From assembly GCA_964016885.1 (NCBI GenBank), contig OZ024740.1, forward strand, positions 231,136,001 to 231,200,000: a DNA stretch of 64,000 nucleotides, given 5' to 3'. Shown piece by piece: positions 13,505 to 23,654 of this stretch. Below the pieces are notes generated by a model, which had not been told where the DNA came from, did no database searches, and saw only the letters and a list, made by a program, of their open reading frames with translations. Source of the stretch: Eledone cirrhosa (taxonomy: Eukaryota). Position numbers and translations under genes: made by a program. Position 1 is the stretch's first letter, and each line of letters begins with the position of its first letter.

Positions 13505-13854
13505 GGAGGCACATGGCTTAGTGGTTAGAGCATTGGCCTTGCAATCGAAAGGTTGTGAGTTCAATTCTCAGACCGGGTGATGTGTTGTTTCCTTGAGCAA
13601 GACGCTTTATTTCACATTGCTCCAGTCTACTCAGCTGTAGAAATGAGATAATAGGGACTGGGGTCCCTATCATTCCACTGCAAAGTGGTCGTGGAAGTGC
13701 CACGGCATAAAAGCACACAGCACTCACTGTAAATGAGGTTGGTGTTAGGAAGGGCATCCAGCTGTAGAAATCAAGCCAGAATCAGTTTCCGTCCCACCCT
13801 TGCAAGCAGGGAAAAGCGGACGTAAAATGAAATGATGAAATGATGATGATGATG
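13505..13854 (+). mobile_element. Full-length tRNA/CORE-like SINE (family S2) with RTE-derived tail
   Basis: Box A TGGCTTAGTGG, box B GTTCAATTC, CORE-like CCTTGAGCAAGAC..CCAGT.TACTCAGCTGTAGAAATG, tail ending GGACGTAAAATGA..(GAT)n. Confidence 0.9.
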
Positions 13855-13944
13855 TCACAACATAACTCTTATGGATAAACAACCCAGTAATTAGCAACTC
13901 TCTCTCTCTCTCGATATATATATATATATATATGTGCACTCACA

Positions 13945-14715
13945 CTTAGGCTGCCCTTCCCATCACCCTCTCCTCACTAATTATTTCCCTCATTTTGTCT
14001 CCCCACCTGCACACTTAATCTTCCCCTTCCCCACAATTTAGTCTCCTTTCCATTCACAGCCCTGACTCTTATCCAAAGGCAGATGCACCCTCACTCCACT
14101 GCCAAACACTGCTTGCTCACTCCTCTCTGTCATTCTCTCTAAGACCACCCTACATCCCAACACTTACTCTCTCCTTCCCCGACTCCCCTACAACTCACAT
14201 TGTCAAATTTATCCCCCAAATTCAACCCCTCATAGCCCAACCATGCCTCCTGGCCCACAACACAATTCCACCAGATGTTACTCACCCTAAGGCCACCCCT
14301 CCCTCCATGGCTTAGTAACAGGCTACCCCCCCCCACACCCTATCACTGCCATTCCAACCTGGCCAAGGATACAAATACCCTAGTGTTGAAATGTGATTGT
14401 AATGAATCCACAATAAAATGCATTCAGCCCACACTGGAATGTGGAAGTACTGGTGTCATGATAAAGTGGTAGCGCTTGTGACACAAAAAAAAAGCACCCC
14501 GTCTACCTTGTCTGGTGGTAATGGCGGTACCATAATAAAACAGACTTTGCACACACAGTGAAGTGGCTCGTTTTAGGAAGGACATCCTGCCATAAAGACC
14601 TTGTCAAAATGGAACATATGGGCAAGACACACTCATCTGTTCCGCCTGTCTAATCTCAGAACGTGACAACCAATCTAACCCATGCAAGCTTGGAAAAAAG
14701 ATGTGAAACAATGAT

Positions 14716-14716
<1 letters not shown>
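13945..14716 (+). mobile_element. Old RTE 3'UTR (C-rich) with degenerate AGGAAGGGCATCC module and terminal tail
   Basis: TTAGGAAGGACATCC near 14575 and TCTAACCCATGCAAGC..ATGATGA at 14675-14716. Confidence 0.55.
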
Positions 14717-14757
<41 letters not shown>

Positions 14758-14787
14758 CATTTATATCTGTATCTGGTTGATGGCTAA

Positions 14788-14907
14788 GAGAAAAGAGAAC
14801 TGAATACTGAAAAAGAGTTTTAATATTCATTATATTACGACTAAATACTGAGTTGATGTCCCAGTGATAAACAGGTGAAACTCCAGAGTGACAAGACTCA
14901 CTTAGCC
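14788..14907 (+). mobile_element. Penelope-like terminal fragment: inverted tail fused to a degenerate hammerhead
   Basis: TGATGT-CCCAGTGATAAACAGGT-GAAA-CTCCAGAG-TG-ACAAGACTCA. 14788-14853 matches 27937-28004 in the same orientation, while 14868-14901 matches 27999-28033 inverted. Confidence 0.5.
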
Positions 14908-14964
14908 TTAATCTCTCTCTCTCTCTCGATATATATATATATATATTTGAAACTATATACATAT

Positions 14965-15375
14965 CATCATCGTTTTTATATTCACTTTTTTATGTTTGCT
15001 TGGGTTGGATGTGTCCTTCTCAGCTTGGCATCTTTCCACATGTCTCAATTTTGACATCGCCTCTGTTTGTCGCACAACCTTGCCCAGTTCTTTCTTGGTT
15101 TACCTCTACCACGACTTCCTTCCACTGGCATTTCCTGGCACTTCTTCACCCAATGACCATTGTCTATGCGCATTACATGTCCAGCTCAATGCAACCTTCT
15201 CTCCTGCACACCATCTTGAATTCCTCTTAAACCCAGCTTCTCCTTTGACTCGACCAAGTTCTGCCCCTCTCTCACACTTACATTGCACATTCAATGGAAC
15301 ATGGTTGCTTCTCCCCAGTCTACGTATGTCCTTCGCTGTCACAGCTTATGTTTCACTATCATGCAGCATTGCTTT
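14965..15375 (-). mobile_element. Degenerate RTE LINE 3' fragment
   Basis: Reverse strand encodes remnants of MLHxSET, DIRRL and GRSRGKPRK; (CAT)n tail at 14965. Confidence 0.75.
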
Positions 15376-15504
15376 CGCACACGTACGCACGCACATACAT
15401 GGCCGACTGAATACGCACGTGTACGCCCCCCCCCCCAATTTATCATTTTCCTCATTCTTTCCACTCATCACTCTTTACTTTCTATTTCTCTTTTATTTCT
15501 AACT

Positions 15505-15542
15505 ATTTTCTGATGAAAGACTAGTGTCTGAAACGTTAAGAC
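15505..15542 (+). ncRNA. Minimal type I hammerhead-like motif (Penelope type)
   Basis: CTGATGA-A-AGAC-TAGT-GTCT-GAAA-CG-TT with palindromic stem III (ACGT); stem I weak. Confidence 0.6.
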
Positions 15543-16472
15543 TTTCTGTTATTTCAAGCGTTAAACTAATATATTTCTTCCATGTACTATGCCGTTTGTT
15601 TTGTTATTACTTTTACCTATATATATATACACACACTCACATTTCTATATAACAATGTATCTATCTTTATATTAATATATGGGTGTAATTTTTCTTTAGT
15701 ATTGCTGACACTTCAAACATTCTTGATGGTAAATACAGCTTGTCTAATGGGTCATCTTCCTGAAGGACTTAGATGCGAAGAAAACAAGCAAAACCAGGCC
15801 AATAATAATAACAGCCACTCACACCACCGCCACGAATATCAACAGCCGTTCACACACCGCCACCAACAACTTCACGCACCGCCACCAACAAACTACTAAT
15901 ACATTATCCCCACCACGACTATCATCAATCAACAGCTATAACACAATCAACAACAACGAACGAACAAACGAAGTTAACTGTAAAAGTGTGTACATACATA
16001 CACAGAAGAAAAGGCAATCTATGGAAGGGAACAAATCAGCAAATCACATTCCGTTAGCCGAAATGCTAATGTGACAAGTGACAAAAGCATTTTGTAAGGC
16101 ATACTAAAGGATTCATTAAGAAGAACATTGAAAAAGGGACTATTATGTTGCTAATCTGCGGCTGTTAATTGACAACAGCTCAGTATTGTCGACACATCGA
16201 CTGCTTAGACACAAATGGTGTTTTGTTGTAGACACAGAGGTAAGAAGTTACATTTGTATAACTCATTTGTGTGTATGTATGTATTTATTTATTTAGTTAG
16301 TGTTTTAAATAAATATATACTTATATATATATATAAGAATATATTTTCAGCTATTAGTATCGTGTCTAGATGTACATTCTTATATTTTTAAAACAAATTG
16401 TCCCGTTCTGGTCGTTCTTTTATGTTGAACATTAACCCTGTAACTTATATGTTTATACATACATACAATCAT

Positions 16473-16517
<45 letters not shown>

Positions 16518-16575
16518 CACGGATATATATATACACGCACACACCTATATATTGAAAGTAACTCCAAGTTACACT

Positions 16576-16619
<44 letters not shown>

Positions 16620-16638
16620 ATATCTATATCTATCTATC

Positions 16639-16768
16639 TGAGCAGATGTGTATATATAAACAGAACATATGACTGCATGTGTGTGCTGTATAATGAATAT
16701 ATATATATATATATTATACAACACACACATGCAGTCATATGTTCTGTTTATATATACACATCCGCTCA
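16639..16768. repeat. Fold-back inverted repeat, 56-bp arms around a TA tract
   Basis: 16639-16694 is the reverse complement of 16713-16768 with two mismatches. Confidence 0.93.
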
Positions 16769-16948
16769 TATATATATATATACAGGCATATTTATTTGAA
16801 TGCATATTTTTTATAATTTACAAGCAGACGCTAATTACCTCTCGGTCATTATTTTATCTATTTTTAGTACGTCTGTTGTTCTTCTAATTTTCATTTCCAC
16901 ATTTTCTATTAAATGCGTGATTTTTGTTTAAACCTCATTATTATTATT

Positions 16949-17229
16949 GCTAGAATCGTTAGAGTATTGGACTAAATGTTTTGAGATATTTAATCCGGCT
17001 CGTTAGGCCCTATGTTCAAATTCAACCGAGGTCAACTTAGCCTTGCACCATTCCGAGGTCGATAAAATAAAGTATTAGTCAAGTACAGAGGTCGATTTAA
17101 TCATCTTCCCCTACCCTTATATTTCTGGGTCGATAAAATAAAGTACCAGTAACACAATGGGATTGATTTAATCGACTTGCCCCTTCCCCAAAACTGTTGG
17201 CCTTGCACCTAAATCAGAAACCATTATTA
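16949..17229 (+). mobile_element. tRNA-SINE family S1 with duplicated 3' half
   Basis: GTTCAAATTC box B and two copies of GGTCGATAAAATAAAGTA..GATTTAATC. Confidence 0.8.
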
Positions 17230-17446
17230 TATGTTTATTTATATAAACCTATTGCTCTTGTTATCCCATCCCCTTTATTTTCCTGGGAAATTATCCACCT
17301 CCCATCATCATGTTATGTGTATATCAATAAAGATCTGTTTGTTTCAGTGCTGGAGTGGTTTGGCTTCTTATCTCGTATTCCAGTTTATTTTGCCACATCC
17401 TACATCCACGTTTAACAGTTTTCATTTTGCACGTGTGCAGTACATG

Positions 17447-17539
<93 letters not shown>

Positions 17540-17540
17540 T

Positions 17541-17649
17541 GTACGAGCAAGACAAGGTCAGCCGACCGGATACTGCCCACAACAGGACAACCCGTCTAAC
17601 CCATGCTAGCGTGGAAGGGCGGACGTAAAATGGTGATGATGATGATGAT
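17541..17649 (+). mobile_element. RTE family C 3'-terminal fragment
   Basis: Matches 28930-29031 and 63445-63544; (GAT)n tail. Confidence 0.85.
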
Positions 17650-17682
17650 ACACATATACATACGTGTGCAGTACATGTTTAT

Positions 17683-17714
<32 letters not shown>

Positions 17715-17790
17715 TCTGGCGTGCTTACACGCCTTTACACGTTGGTGCAGTCTCGGTTACACACTGTATTTATACAGACATAACTTTTAT

Positions 17791-17826
<36 letters not shown>

Positions 17827-17896
17827 AGTTCTAGAAATCTATTATAGCTCGTGTCTATCTATCCGTCCATCTACTCAGACACATATCTATCTATCT

Positions 17897-18228
17897 TTGG
17901 AAGAAGAATCAGGATGGAGAGAGAGGTGCTGTACCCCAGTAAGTTTTATGAAAGTGGCGTGAATGGGCCTTCTCTCTATATCAGCCTGTAGGTTGAGGAA
18001 AAGGAGGTGGAGAGGAAAGGAGTACAAACTCTTCGTACTCCTGGAGATGAGGGTTGCACATTTTTTCGGGGGTATGTGTTACCCATACAAACTGTCTTTC
18101 CCTATTGGGGAAAATCGACTAACTTTTTAAATTGCATTTGTGATAACATTTTACACGTTTTTTATTGTATGTAAACTTCCCCCTTTGTATTTGTCCCCTT
18201 TATTTGTGCCCCTGTGGCTAATAAAGAA
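17897..18228 (+). mobile_element. Tx1/L1-like LINE 3' end with 16-bp target-site duplication
   Basis: Encodes RRIRMEREVLYPSKFYE..L*, then 3'UTR ending AATAAAGAA; flanked by ACATATCTATCTATCT at 17881-17896 and 18229-18244. Confidence 0.62.
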
Positions 18229-19084
18229 ACATATCTATCTATCTATCCACTCAAATATAGATATATATTCACTCATATATCTATCTATCTACCCATACAC
18301 CTATCCGAGGATGAAACCTGTCTGTTTACTTCGTTCGTTCGTTCGTTTTATTCCTTCGTTTGTTCCGTCCATTGCTGCAACCAGTTTCATTTGACGATAT
18401 GTTACTGCAGTAGAGAAAGAGAGAGAGAGAGAGAGATTGGCAACGAGTTCACTTACTATATCTTTTCATATGGTCGTTCATTGATGAAATTTTACTGGGT
18501 CGTAGTGAGGATAGATAAAAAGAAGAAAGTACGATAATGAAGAGAGACACGTCGACAGTGGAAGATGGTGTAGAAGAAAGGAAGTTATCAATGTCGCGTC
18601 AACATACAGAATGTGTGTGTGTGTGTGTATGTATGCGTGTGTGTATGTATGCATTTAGTGTGTGTGTGTGAATGTATGTCTGTCTGTATGTATGTATGCA
18701 GTGTGTGTGTGAATGTGTATGAAATGTATGAATGAAATGCGAGCGTGTATGTATATTTGTGTGTGTATGTACGTACTTACTTACGTATGTATGCGTGCGT
18801 ATATATTTCTGTGTGCGTGTATTTGTGGGTGTGGGTCTCTCTCTCCTCTTCTCTCTCTCTGTATTTGTGTGTTTTAGCAGACAACTAATCAATTATTTTG
18901 GTATTTTTCTATTGTTATTAAATATTACTCTGCAACAGAAAGAACGAACCAATCAATGTTAGGTATCTCTGAAAGGATAAAAAATAAAAATAAGACAAAC
19001 AAAATAAAATATCTAAATAATTAAATAAATAAATATAACGTGAAAACAAATAAAAGAAAAATCAGGCTTATTGATCTACTTGAA

Positions 19085-19585
19085 ATTGTTGCCGGCCACA
19101 AAGTGTGTTGGGGCGGTGTTAAATGGGCGGGGGTAGTCGTTTTTAGGTGATAGGTGAATGCACGGGAGAGAGAGAGAGAGAGGTAGGAGGGAAGCAGGTA
19201 TGATGGAGTAATAGACGTTGATGTGATAAATAGCTTAAGGCAGTAGAGAACGTCAACAGAAAATTGAGTTGTTACCATTCAATTGTATCCATGTGTTATG
19301 CTTAAGAACTGTCGTTTATTAGGACATTGTTGCAAAGTTCCTTCGGTGCAGCAGCAGCTGTCATAATAGTAGCGGTTGGTTGGATTAGCACAAAACAGAG
19401 AAGACAGTCTGCTCTGCTTTGTAGAATGAAAAGCTGCAGTTGATATTTTGTTGTTGCACATGGGACTTACTATGATGTTTGTCACTCTTACTTCAAATTC
19501 GCCCTGTATTTTTAGGATAGAAATGAAGACTTACCGTCTTATATGTGCAAATTCTGAGGATAGAAATATATTATATTAGGTAAGT
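19085..19585 (+). promoter_or_regulatory. Candidate promoter / non-coding first exon ending at a splice donor
   Basis: Non-repetitive, CpG-retaining; GC boxes GGGGCGG and GGGCGGGG near 19110-19133; consensus donor AG|GTAAGT at 19579/19580. No open coding frame through 19516-19579. Confidence 0.3.
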
Positions 19586-19800
19586 AAATCACTTGCTTTT
19601 AACTATTGAAATATTTTCTTTTAATCTTTGAGAAAATAACTTCAAAACCTTAAAGGTAAATAATTATATATATATGATAACAAATATTCTAAGATGAATA
19701 TTTTGATGATGTTTTAATTGTGGATAATTTATTATGAATATAGCAACTTAAACATCAAAGGACAAACATCCTTAAAGAAATCATTATTATTATTATTATT

Positions 19801-21165
19801 TGAAACTTCCTTTGAATTCTGCTTCTTTCCAAAACATGCCGAGTGTCAACCTGACACCTGAGGCAAAATTTGATAATACACATATTTTATAATCAATTGT
19901 CATACATATGATGCCAGAAGGATACAAATATCAGTATATGTCTTCGCAAGGTTTTTAAATTGATAATACCCTTCTCAGGACATGGACAGTACCAGTCAGC
20001 ACTATTTTCTGTATCTCTTGCCGAGATGGCTTTCCAAGTATCTGGTCCAAATATTTTTCAGTTCCCTTTTTTATCATTCCAAGTGCGTCAACTATTATTA
20101 TCGTTTCCATTTTTTTGTTAAAGCTTTTGTTTTTATTTCCTTTTTTTTTTTTTTTTACATGCAGAAACCCATATTTTGTACTGACCTGTGTTGTCCTTAA
20201 TGCATTTTTTGTAAACCCTTTGTGGTTAATAAAGAAATCATTATATTACTATTAATCCCGCCGAGGTTAACTTTGCCTTTCATCCTTACGGGGTCGATAA
20301 AATAAAGTACCAGTAATACACTGGGATAATTGCTGGCCTTGTGCCAAAAGTAGAAACAATTATATTACTATTAATCCTGCTGAGGTTGACTTTACCTTTC
20401 ATCCTTACGGGGTCGATAAAATAAAGTACCAGTAACACACTAGGGGTTGATTTAATTGACTTTCCCCTTCCCTTCAAATTGCTGGTCTTGTGCCTAAAGT
20501 AGAAACCATTATTATTATTATCATTATGGATAGGGCGGTGGATTGGCAGTATTGGTAGAGAGTCGGACACCATGCTTTGACGCATAGTTATGGCCCTTTC
20601 CATTCTGAGTTCAAATCCCGCCGAGGTCAACTTTGCCTTTCATCCTTACGGGGTCGATAAAATAAAGTACCAGTAATGTACTGGGTAATTGCTGGCCTTG
20701 TGCCAAAATTAGAAACAATTATTATCATTATGGTTCATTTTTGTAAATCTTAGACACTTAGATGTTAAATGATCTGGATATTTCAGTTAGGGAGCAGTCA
20801 ACAACAAGTTGACAAAGGGCCCTCACTGCACTCTCTCCTGTGTTTTACATAGATAAGACTTTCCTTAAACCAAGAAGTATTGTCTGATTTTATTTACACA
20901 GTCCTCAAAACTGTCTGATATGCATCCCAATGCTCCAATAACCCTCGAATGTCTCCTCCTTATTGAGGAAACCCCTTTGTTTTAATTTTGTTATTTTTTC
21001 TTTTTAACATAATTAAAATTTGTTTATATGCAAAATCCACATACCTAAACCCTTCCACACACACATGCACACACACTAAGTTTTTGTCCTGTACTGACAT
21101 AATGTTTTTCTTGATGTAAACCCTTTATGGTTAATAAAGAAATTATTATTATTATTATTATTATT
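19801..21165 (+). mobile_element. Two related LINE-like 3'UTR ends (to about 20245 and 21165) bracketing an S1 SINE cluster
   Basis: Both end TGTACTGAC...TGTAAACCCTTT(G/A)TGGTTAATAAAGAAAT(ATT)n, similar to the 18150-18228 end. Confidence 0.45.
20253..20728 (+). mobile_element. Tandem cluster of three S1 SINEs (two 5'-truncated, one full) separated by (ATT)n
   Basis: Three repeats of CCTTTCATCCTTACGGGGTCGATAAAATAAAGTACCAG; tRNA head at 20532-20620. Confidence 0.88.
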
Positions 21166-21380
21166 TAATAGTAGCACAAAACCCGAGTAGATTTTTTTGT
21201 TTGTATGAAATGTGATTTCTGAAACTTCTTAAAAGCTCATCTCATTGTTAGATCTAATCTTACCCTTTAAATCTGACTTGTAAAGCTCAGAAAATGATGA
21301 CATTATATATTATTTTAAAGACAAATGCTGCAGGCTGTAGGAGCTTATCAAATAAAGTAAATGAACAATTGAAACATTTC

Positions 21381-21590
21381 TACGGGGGTCAGCTAAAAAG
21401 TTCATAGGCTGAATATGAAGGAGTGATGCTAGAGCTGTGAAATATTGCATGCATGAATTTCAACATTTTTTTTTTTCTTTTCATTAATAATTGCATTGTT
21501 TCTTTCCAGGGACTGTTGAAAAATAAACCTCATTTTCTCATTCCATGAGAGTATCTTGGTCAGGCTATGAACTTTTCAGCCAACCCTTGT
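21381..21590. mobile_element. Mariner-type MITE (about 200 bp)
   Basis: TIRs TACGGGGGTCAGCTAAAAAGTTCATAGGCTGA / TCAGGCTATGAACTTTTCAGCCAACCCTTGT; second copy at 22406-22607. Confidence 0.8.
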
Positions 21591-21597
21591 GTGTGTG

Positions 21598-21634
<37 letters not shown>

Positions 21635-21637
<3 letters not shown>

Positions 21638-21955
21638 GGTACATAGCTTAGTGGTTAGAGCATTAGGCTTGCAATCATGAGGTGAGGTTTGATTCTCAGA
21701 CTGGGTGTGTCCTTGAGCAAGACACTTTATATTTCGTTGCTCCAGCTTACTCAGCTGTAGAAATTAGTTGCAATGTAGTGCCAAACTGTATGGGCTTTTG
21801 CCTTTCCCATGGCATGGAGAGGGGAGACTGGTATGCATGGAGGACTATTGATCTTCCACAAACAATCTTGCCCAGACTTGTACCTTGTGGGTGGGGGAAC
21901 TTTCTAGGCACAAATCCCATAGTCATTCATGACCAAAGGGGGGGGGGGTCTTTAC
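21635..21955 (+). mobile_element. tRNA/CORE-like SINE with alternative 3' half (S2b)
   Basis: Same head and CORE as 13505; different tail, which is shared with 29136-29340. Confidence 0.8.
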
Positions 21956-21965
21956 TGTGTATATA

Positions 21966-22388
21966 TCATCATCATCATCATCATCATCGTTTAACGTCTA
22001 TCTTCCACGCTAGCATGGGTTTAGACGGGAATTGTCCCACTTGAGGCAAGATTGGTTGTCTCGCTCGTATAGGACTGTCTGGCAGGTTTTCTACGGCTGG
22101 ATGCCCTTCCTAACACCAACCACGTTTACAGTGTGGACTGGGAGGTTTTTACTGTGTTACCTACACGGCCACATTACAGCGTGGACTGAGTGTTTTTTTG
22201 TCGTGACACCTACACGACCTCATTTATTTAGGACTTGATGTTGTGGTACCAACATAACTTTACAGAGAAAGGGGTAGGGGTAGTGGGAGTGTATTTTGGT
22301 TAAGAGGTGCCTACTGACTGTAGGTTTAACTTTGTACATAGGCAAGGCGGGTCTTCTGTATTACTGCATAGCGCCAAAGATCTCGGTC
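21966..22388 (-). mobile_element. RTE family B-related 3' fragment
   Basis: (CAT)n, GGATGCCCTTCCTAACACC module and ORF end; similar to 40575-41108. Confidence 0.9.
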
Positions 22389-22405
22389 TTATATATATAT
22401 ATATA

Positions 22406-22607
22406 TATGAGGGTAGACTGAAAAGTTCATACGATGACTATGAAGGAGTGATGCTAGAGTTGTGAAATCTTGCATGCATTAATTTCAACTCTTTTTATTA
22501 ATAACAGCATTGTTTCTTTCCAGGGACTATGTTGAAAAATAAACCTCATTTGGTCATTCCATAAGAGTTTCTTGGTCAGCCTATGAACTTTTCACCAGAA
22601 CCCCATA
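22406..22607. mobile_element. Mariner-type MITE, second copy, in TA context
   Basis: Aligns end to end with 21381-21590. Confidence 0.8.
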
Positions 22608-22724
22608 TATATGAATAGTATTTCTATGTGAATCATGAACAGGGAATGGAGGGAAGAGTTTGATTTTGTATAGTACAACTTCATTTTTTATTTTATGTTA
22701 AAAAGTTAATGTCTTTCTTGAACC

Positions 22725-22942
22725 TCGAGGCTTATCAGGCTGGAGTTTATCTCAGTTTCATGTGGTGTTAAGTGACTAGGAGTTCAAGACTGCCCTTTGG
22801 ACTGGATGCCAGTCTATCATAAGCTTAACTTCCTTGTTTCTGCTGAGTGGTTTCCAAAGGCACAATATACCACCAGGTTTGGAAATTGAACCTATCACCT
22901 TATGATTTTAAGTTCAACAATCTAACCACTAGGACACATGTC
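22725..22942 (-). mobile_element. Old tRNA-SINE fragment
   Basis: Reverse complement has CTAGTGGTTAG..GGTTCAATTTC head and a GATAGACTGGCATCCAGTCCAAAGGG body. Confidence 0.5.
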
Positions 22943-23654
22943 TTAACACGACCTTACATCCTTACATCCATAATTTTGAATATTACTTCTAAAATTAATC
23001 ATTCACAGGCTGCACAAATAATCACAGAAGCCCTCATTTTACAGATAAGTTTGTATAATCATGATCATCGATTAATATCTATTTTCTAAACTAACATGAG
23101 TTAGATGGGTTGTCCCATTTAAGTTAAGTCAGGTCAGGTGACCATATTTTGCTCATTTGAAAACAAAAAGGTCTTACCCCAAACACCAGAATCCCTCCTC
23201 AAAACATCTCCACTTCACTTATTATATAAATTTGTCTCCCTCCCAATCATCACTAGTTTCCTCAAACTCAATTTTTCCTTTGTCAGATGCCCTTTATCAG
23301 CAGTCCTTAAACAGCGGTCCACAAACCACTAGTTGGTCTACAGGTAGTACTGGGTGTTCGTCAGGCCTTTCAAAAATCTGGGGTCTATGGGAAAATTTAT
23401 TTAAATAAACAGAGTCATTAGTAGTGAAATGGTTGGCAGCTTCTGCTCTTCAGATCGTATTTTGTAAATTATTATTAGAGAGATTTGGCTGCTATTTCTA
23501 GCATGTTAAGCGACCATGTAGGGGCACCCTTGTTAGCTTGAGATTCATTAATAAAAGTTGTGTGTAAAAGATACTTTAAAAAAATTGATGGAAATGAAGC
23601 AAGATGCTTAATTAGAATTAATACTGATGTATTTGTTCAGGAAATTAGAATCAT

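Noticed and set aside
13505-13580. tRNA gene
   Set aside because: Box A/B are present but there is no complete cloverleaf and it continues into a SINE body; the same applies to the other SINE heads.
15582-15899. 105-aa ORF with N/H/Q/P-rich end
   Set aside because: Starts in a repeat tail and ends in low-complexity sequence; no recognisable domain.
17230-17418. Possible solo LTR (TATATAA, AATAAA, ends in ACA)
   Set aside because: Single copy, no TSD, PBS or PPT; insufficient evidence.
23298-23420. hAT/Charlie-like MITE end
   Set aside because: Only one degenerate terminus; no partner TIR or 8-bp TSD found.
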